DNA of 64,000 bases from an uncultured candidatus Porisulfidus sp. (GTDB lineage: Bacteria > Pseudomonadota > Gammaproteobacteria > Poriferisulfidales > Poriferisulfidaceae): NCBI GenBank assembly GCA_965116025.1, contig OZ220480.1, forward strand, positions 64,001 to 128,000, in the 5' to 3' direction. Below the pieces are notes generated by a model. It was not told the DNA's origin. It searched no databases and was given only the letters and a program-made list of their open reading frames with translations. How positions within the stretch are numbered: position 1 is the stretch's first letter; each line of letters opens with the position of its first letter. The position numbers and the translations under genes are program-made. This document shows positions 62,701 through 64,000 of the stretch, piece by piece.

Positions 62701-64000
62701 GCCAGTGGCGAACCCGACACCGTCACCTCGCCCGATGCGCCGCCCACCGTCACCGTCACGCTCGCCGAAGGTCGGGTGTCCAGCTTCACCGTGTACGCCC
62801 CGGTCTCGCCCTCTTCCACTGTTAGCGCGGACATCGACAGCGTCACGCCATATGGCTTCGGAGTCGCCATCGCCTCATCAGACGCCGCGCCATCTCCAGC
62901 GCCGTTCACCGCGCGAATCTGGAATTTGTGGGCGGTCCCGTCGGTCAGGCCCGTCACCACGTATTTCGTGGTGGTGGCGACGGAATTCGGGATTGCGATC
63001 CAGGAACCGTAGCCTCCAGTTCCTTCTTCCTGTCGATATTCCCAACTCGTGACGCTACTGTCGCCCAGATCGCTCCAGGACAACTCCGCTCGCTGACTCC
63101 CCACCGGCGTAGCGACCAGATCCATCGGTTTGGCGGGAACCGGAATCGGCATCGCCGACGCTTCCGCCGAGGCGACACCGAATCCTCCAAGGTTTACCGC
63201 GCGAATCTGGAAGCGATACGCCGTGCCGTTCGTCAGCCCCGATACCGTGTGAGTCTTGGTGGTGGCTCCAGATCCGGGTATGTTATTCCACGTCGCGGCG
63301 CTTAAGTCCGTCGATCCGGACGCGCGTCGAAATTGCCACTTCGTGATGCTGGCGTCCTTCGGGTCGGTCCAACTGAGCGTCACCTGCCCATCACCTGCCG
63401 TGGCGGCCACCCCCGTCGGCGCGACGGGCGGGTCGGGGTCGTCCAGCGCGCCGTCAGCCGTCTTGTCAGTACCCACCGCGTAGCCGGTCGCGTCATTTAA
63501 CGTGATGGTATAGGTTTCCTCGCCTTCCACCACCGAATCGGCAGTGGTCGGGATGGCCACCGTCCCCGTCGTGCTGGCGCTCGTGCCGAACGCCGCGTCA
63601 AAATTCTGTGTCAAAGCTCCAGAAATGTCGTCCGCATCGAAATCGCTGGAACCCCGGTCCGCCAGCGTCAGGCTCACCGATAAATCGCCCATCAGCGCCC
63701 GGTCGGACGTGACCGTCAGGCTGATATTCGATCCCTCGGTCACCGTCGCCGGGTTGTCCAGCAACTGCAGAGTCGGCGTAGTGTCCGTTACCACCACCGT
63801 CACCGAGGCGATCTTCACCGAGTCGTAATCCCCGCCCATGGCGGTATGCCTCAGAACCGCCATGTGGTCATCCGTGTCCTCGTCGGAGTCGGCCGACACC
63901 GTCACCATTTGCGCCGCGCTCCAATTCTCCGTCGTGAAAACCAGCGAGGACTTGTCTACCGTCACGCCTGACGCCTCGGTCACCGTCACCGTCACGGCAT
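44727..64000 (-). CDS. Giant autotransporter adhesin (>6422 aa, 5' end outside the window) with FN3, Calx-beta-like and PKD-like modules
   Basis: Uninterrupted frame of T/V/D/A-rich Ig-like repeats. FN3 pattern GDGQVTLSW...GLTNGTAYRFQIRAVN; helical linker followed by a beta-barrel (VWGRGG, VHPY, PYAAF) ending in terminal Trp. Confidence 0.9.
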   Translation of the reverse strand, partial: AVTVTVTEASGVTVDKSSLVFTTENWSAAQMVTVSADSDEDTDDHMAVLRHTAMGGDYDSVKIASVTVVVTDTTPTLQLLDNPATVTEGSNISLTVTSDRALMGDLSVSLTLADRGSSDFDADDISGALTQNFDAAFGTSASTTGTVAIPTTADSVVEGEETYTITLNDATGYAVGTDKTADGALDDPDPPVAPTGVAATAGDGQVTLSWTDPKDASITKWQFRRASGSTDLSAATWNNIPGSGATTKTHTVSGLTNGTAYRFQIRAVNLGGFGVASAEASAMPIPVPAKPMDLVATPVGSQRAELSWSDLGDSSVTSWEYRQEEGTGGYGSWIAIPNSVATTTKYVVTGLTDGTAHKFQIRAVNGAGDGAASDEAMATPKPYGVTLSMSALTVEEGETGAYTVKLDTRPSASVTVTVGGASGEVTVSGSPLAFTTASWATAQTVTVNVGADEDATDDTATLTHNVSSDDTNYGSSLSIDDVDVTVTDTTPTLQLLTNPAAVAEGTAISLTVTSDKVLTGMLQVSLTLADRGSSGFDASDISGALTQTLDAAFGATPSQTGTVTIPTNVDGEVEKAETYQITLNDAAGYAVGDDAMADGTLNDGTKMVSIPSTLTVAEGVGDATVTITASEAVGAAVTFSVSYSGGTATGASDPSSGDYDNDVVTSLAFSSTDTTRDIEIPITNDDLDEDDETFTVAIALAQGSALPTGFGLSNSATTVTITDDDESPVLVEIADETVQVGETVDITASATDEDGDTVTYAWTRAVGESLPAFPDNTALDVARLMFTPTSVGTYTMTVTASDGNGNADTEDVTITVTRAAGVTLSTTAVTVAEGGSETYTVVLNSLPTASVTVSVGGASGDVTVAPSALTFTTANWETAQAVTVMANHDRDAVTDPDVTLTHDAAGGGYGSVSVDSVTVSVTEDETAPEPPAKPKKFQATGSAGFVALSWADPDDDSITGWQLRYRKVGEGWGSWADIANSDASTMSYTVTTGLVSGSNYQFQIRAQNDGGNSKPSNTANATPTPAPANAPGKPVSFAATGGNGQVTLTWRNPNDASITRWEYRRKAGTGSYGGWTPIPNSVAATTSYAVPGLTNGTAYTFQLRAVNLASDGAESDAASATPKMPVAPTLTATVGVKGAVTLNWSVMDSDPHAIVENAARLGRWQIRYRPKGGNEENWELELLTDVDSDARTAETNLSRLIPHGGVVEIQIRASGGLPGTSSVSVVWGPWSNIASITLEDGDEPLNKALKIVGAPVTVAPGATASYTVALMKPYAAGTLSISSSTTAKATVDPSSLAFTVSNYATAQTVTVTGVDVGTAIINHSYRLSGASADFIPDAGTVSVTVLAKPGKPTNFAATAGDGQVNLRWDDPEDASITIWQSRHGKVGEDWGDWTDIDGSDAETTSHVVMRLENGSEYRFQIRAKNGAGDGAESEAVKATPEEASSTVSLSVADVSVAEDGTFSFTVTANPAPSEEVTFKYMVTAASGDTATAGADFTAVTVATAASIAASSTSTTITVSVVDDDLDELNETFTVTLSDPSDGVVIGDATATGTIEDDDESPILTDIEDEMVKVGETVDITASATDGDGDTVSYVWTRKSSEISPALPNGTALNQARLTFTPTSVGTYTMTVTASDGNGNADTEDVTITVTRAAKVTLSTTALTVEEGETGTYTVKLDSRPSESVTVTVGGASGEVTVSPSMLTFTTVNWATAQTVTVNADADEDATDDTATLTHGASSVDTNYGSSLSIDDVMVTVTDTTPTLQLLTNPAVVAEGTAISLTVTSDKVLTGMLQVSLTLADRGSSGFDASDISGALTQTLDAAFGATPSQMGTVTIPTSVDRIVESPETYRITLNDAAGYAVGDDAMADGTLNDDTKTVSVLSTLTVAEGAGDATVTVTASGAFGAAVTFNVSYSGGTATGAPNPSDGDYDNNAVASVVFMDTDTMRDIEIPITDDDLDEDDETFTVTISSSATLPAGFALGNAATTVTITDDDESPVLTKVADETVKVGETVDITASATDGDGDTVSYVWTRKSSETLPALPNGTVLNQARLTFMPTSVGTYTMTVTASDGNGNADTEDVTVTVTRAAGVTLSPTALTVVEGSTGTYTVKLDTRPSGSVTVSPTSADAGTATVSPSMLTFTTANWETAQAVTVTAKSDVDATDETVKVTHPVMGYGSVTAGGAVTVSVDDDDTAGVTLSPGTLTVAEGSTGTYTAKLDTRPSVGVTVTVGGASGEVMVSPSALTFTTANWATAQAVKVNAGADEDVTDDTATLTHGASSGDTNYGPSLDIDDVMVTVTDTTPTLQLLTDPMAVDEGADISLTVTSDRALTGDLPVSLTLANRGSSGFDASDVAGALAQTFTASFGATPSLTGTVTVPTSVDRIVESVETYRITLKDAAGYALGADKTADGTLNDDTKTVSVPSSLSVTEGTDASATVTVTVSKAFDVAVTFDVSYADGTATGAPNPSDGDYENDAVTSVAFMLTDTTKSISIPITDDDLGENDETFTVTINPAATLPAGFALGNAATTVTITDDEGMMATSVPMKPTGLTTTAGDNQVTLAWDNPDDSSITRWEYRQREWKLAGAAGKWGDWIRITGSGAATTSHTVTDLELGTSYGFSIRAVNSLGNGTASDEVREIPVEGTITLSASETRVTEGDSGETEVTLTVTLSKPAPDVDRNRLLGFLVSVLYSQTSVSTAKVGEDFKGTPAHVRIPIGETRGTATLKIVGDEKSESDEVIELNAYYARGGTDWAPDSIKITILDDDSAKVRVYPAELEVVEGASGSYAVELATQPSASVTVTVGGASGEVTVDPSALTFTTANWDTAQAVTVNAGADEDAIDDTATLTHGASSDDANYGPSLNIDDVDVTVTDLTPTLQLLTNPAVVDEGADINLTVTSDRALTGDLAVSLTLADRGSSGFDTNDIPGALAQTFDVAFGTNPSLTGTVTIPTSLDRIVESPETYRITLNDAADYVVGDDAVADGTLNDDTKTVSVPSSLPVTEGTDANATVTITASEAFGEAVTFNVSYSGGTATGASDPSDGDYDNDAVTSVAFSSADTTQDIEIPITNDDLDEDDETFTVTINPAATLPAGFALGNAATTVTITDDDESPVLADIEDETVNVGETVDITASATDGDGDTVSYVWTRKSDETLPALPNGTALSQARLTFMPPSVGTYTMTVTASDGSGNTDTEDVTITVTRPAGVTLSPATLSVAEGATGTYTVALDSRPSGSVTVSPTSADEGAATVSPSTLTFTTANWETARTVTVTAEGDADATDETVRVTHPVTGYAGVSAGGVVTVSVADDETAGVTLSPATLSVAEGATGTYTVALDSRPSGSVTVSPTSADEGAATVSPSTLTFTTANWETARTVTVTAEGDADATDETVRVTHPVTGYAGVSAGGVVTVSVADDETAGVTLSPATLSVAEGATGTYTVALDSRPSGSVTVSPTSADEGAATVSPSTLTFTTANWETARTVTVTAEGDADATDETVRVTHPVTGYAGVSAGGVVTVSVADDETAGVTLSPATLSVAEGATGTYTVALDSRPSGSVTVSPTSADEGAATVSPSTLTFTTANWETARTVTVTAEGDADATDETVRVTHPVTGYAGVSAGGVVTVSVADDETAGVTLSPATLSVAEGATGTYTVALDSRPSGSVTVSPTSADEGAATVSPSTLTFTTANWETARTVTVTAEGDADATDETVRVTHPVTGYAGVSAGGVVTVSVADDETAGVTLSPATLSVAEGATGTYTVALDSRPSGSVTVSPTSADEGAATVSPSTLTFTTANWETARTVTVTAEGDADATDETVRVTHPVTGYAGVSAGGVVTVSVADDETAGVTLSPATLSVAEGATGTYTVALDSRPSGSVTVSPTSADEGAATVSPSTLTFTTANWETARTVTVTAEGDADATDETVRVTHPVTGYAGVSAGGVVTVSVADDETAGVTLSPATLSVAEGATGTYTVALDSRPSGSVTVSPTSADEGAATVSPSTLTFTTANWETARTVTVTAEGDADATDETVRVTHPVTGYAGVSAGGVVTVSVADDETAGVTLSPATLSVAEGATGTYTVALDSRPSGSVTVSPTSADEGAATVSPSTLTFTTANWETARTVTVTAEGDADATDETVRVTHPVTGYAGVSAGGVVTVSVADDETAGVTLSPATLSVAEGATGTYTVALDSRPSGSVTVSPTSADEGAATVSPSTLTFTTANWETARTVTVTAEGDADATDETVRVTHPVTGYAGVSAGGVVTVSVADDETAGVTLSPATLSVAEGATGTYTVALDSRPSGSVTVSPTSADEGAATVSPSTLTFTTANWETARTVTVTAEGDADATDETVRVTHPVTGYAGVSAGGVVTVSVADDETAGVTLSPATLSVAEGATGTYTVALDSRPSGSVTVSPTSADEGAATVSPSTLTFTTANWETARTVTVTAEGDADATDETVRVTHPVTGYAGVSAGGVVTVSVADDETAGVTLSPATLSVAEGATGTYTVALDSRPSGSVTVSPTSADEGAATVSPSTLTFTTANWETARTVTVTAEGDADATDETVRVTHPVTGYAGVSAGGVVTVSVADDETAGVTLSPATLSVAEGATGTYTVALDSRPSGSVTVSPTSADEGAATVSPSTLTFTTANWETARTVTVTAEGDADATDETVRVTHPVTGYAGVSAGGVVTVSVADDETAGVTLSPATLSVAEGATGTYTVALDSRPSGSVTVSPTSADEGAATVSPSTLTFTTANWETARTVTVTAEGDADATDETVRVTHPVTGYAGVSAGGVVTVSVADDETAGVTLSPATLSVAEGATGTYTVALDSRPSGSVTVSPTSADEGAATVSPSTLTFTTANWETARTVTVTAEGDADATDETVRVTHPVTGYAGVSAGGVVTVSVADDETAGVTLSPATLSVAEGATGTYTVALDSRPSGSVTVSPTSADEGAATVSPSTLTFTTANWETARTVTVTAEGDADATDETVRVTHPVTGYAGVSAGGVVTVSVADDETAGVTLSPATLSVAEGATGTYTVALDSRPSGSVTVSPTSADEGAATVSPSTLTFTTANWETARTVTVTAEGDADATDETVRVTHPVTGYAGVSAGGVVTVSVADDETAGVTLSPATLSVAEGATGTYTVALDSRPSGSVTVSPTSADEGAATVSPSTLTFTTANWETARTVTVTAEGDADATDETVRVTHPVTGYAGVSAGGVVTVSVADDETAGVTLSPATLSVAEGATGTYTVALDSRPSGSVTVSPTSADEGAATVSPSTLTFTTANWETARTVTVTAEGDADATDETVRVTHPVTGYAGVSAGGVVTVSVADDETAGVTLSPATLSVAEGATGTYTVALDSRPSGSVTVSPTSADEGAATVSPSTLTFTTANWETARTVTVTAEGDADATDETVRVTHPVTGYAGVSAGGVVTVSVADDETAGVTLSPATLSVAEGATGTYTVALDSRPSGSVTVSPTSADEGAATVSPSTLTFTTANWETARTVTVTAEGDADATDETVRVTHPVTGYAGVSAGGVVTVSVADDETAGVTLSPATLSVAEGATGTYTVALDSRPSGSVTVSPTSADEGAATVSPSTLTFTTANWETARTVTVTAEGDADATDETVRVTHPVTGYAGVSAGGVVTVSVADDETAGVTLSPATLSVAEGATGTYTVALDSRPSGSVTVSPTSADEGAATVSPSTLTFTTANWETARTVTVTAEGDADATDETVRVTHPVTGYAGVSAGGVVTVSVADDETAGVTLSPATLSVAEGATGTYTVALDAPPSGDVAITVDGASGDVSVEPSALTFTTANWKIAQTVTVSAARDEDVTTDADVTLTHSASGGGYDSANVGSVTVSVTDTTPTLQLLIDPEAVTEGVAISLTLTSDRELTGTLTVSLTLADRGASGFTEDDLPGGLGPRSFEAAFGDTASLTGVVTIPTRVDSEAEGAETYAITLNDAVGYAIGDDVTAAGALNDDSSMAAARANRINNEVLPHVAAAVLSQSLDVITDRIKVVSSGGIAESAFRIGALPAAGASGESRPRLRELLDGAAFALPLGVAGEETPVSVWGRGGQVSLDGSEDGVSWDGEVWSAHVGMDLRLRPDLLAGAAVSYSEADLDSKVDEVESVYETRLRAVHPYMAWLFGDGSSLWASAGYGRGEVRIEEESEAARSTDLTLVSAAVGGRHVLVSNEDLIGGGVTRLALKGEGSLAEARTDAEDGLVKLSVDTSRLRLALEGSHERALEGGGTLTPALEAGVRYDGGDAAEGAGLEAGVSLTYRDPVAGLTADFRTRALVEHERDRDEWGVSGMLSLAPGSDGRGPSLTLGFSRGGTESGIDRMFDRAPTSNLVGSGDVGAEYRLEAEIGHGFAVPGSGPVALVSPYAAFTLEEAGGRTVRFGTRYRLTDELSLSMEAERDLSGTSATEDRLMLRSSLRW
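46690..54397 (-). repeat. ~24.2 tandem copies of a 318-bp (106-aa) unit
   Basis: Shadow ORFs recur every 318 bp from 46921 to 54235 (24 copies) with identical translations; I saw no nucleotide differences between units. Confidence 0.95.

Noticed and set aside
54400-64000. Diversity-generating retroelement behind the near-duplicate adhesin blocks
   Set aside because: No reverse transcriptase in the window, and I saw no sign that the differences are adenine-specific.

Overview
GC-rich proteobacterial chromosome segment, most likely a non-enteric gammaproteobacterium. A sulfur-metabolising, host-associated lifestyle is an inference from gene content. Core genes: gatCAB, mreBCD, rnd, persulfide dioxygenase, BolA/IbaG, two small c-type cytochromes, SulP, slt, metY, a CcsA/YpjD-like gene, dxs and xseB. 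Accessory regions: (i) a type III-like mod-res pair whose res gene is hit in frame by an IS30 element; (ii) a DNA methyltransferase-HNH fusion; (iii) a ~14 kb surface-glycan locus with a duplicated GT2 -> riboflavin-kinase-like(/GT4) cassette carrying very long homopolymer tracts (C30, C39 and G16 on the + strand), where both GT2 paralogs are currently out of frame at the tract; (iv) between the duplicates, a nest of IS30/IS1111/IS5 pieces enclosing a Thoeris-like TIR plus membrane-protein cassette; (v) a decayed island with a cytosine-methyltransferase remnant; (vi) the 3' 19.3 kb of a giant (>6,400 aa) autotransporter adhesin with FN3/Calx-beta/PKD-like modules and ~24 apparently identical 318-bp tandem repeats. 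No rRNA, tRNA or CRISPR array was recognised. All family assignments come from motif recognition by eye, not database searches.
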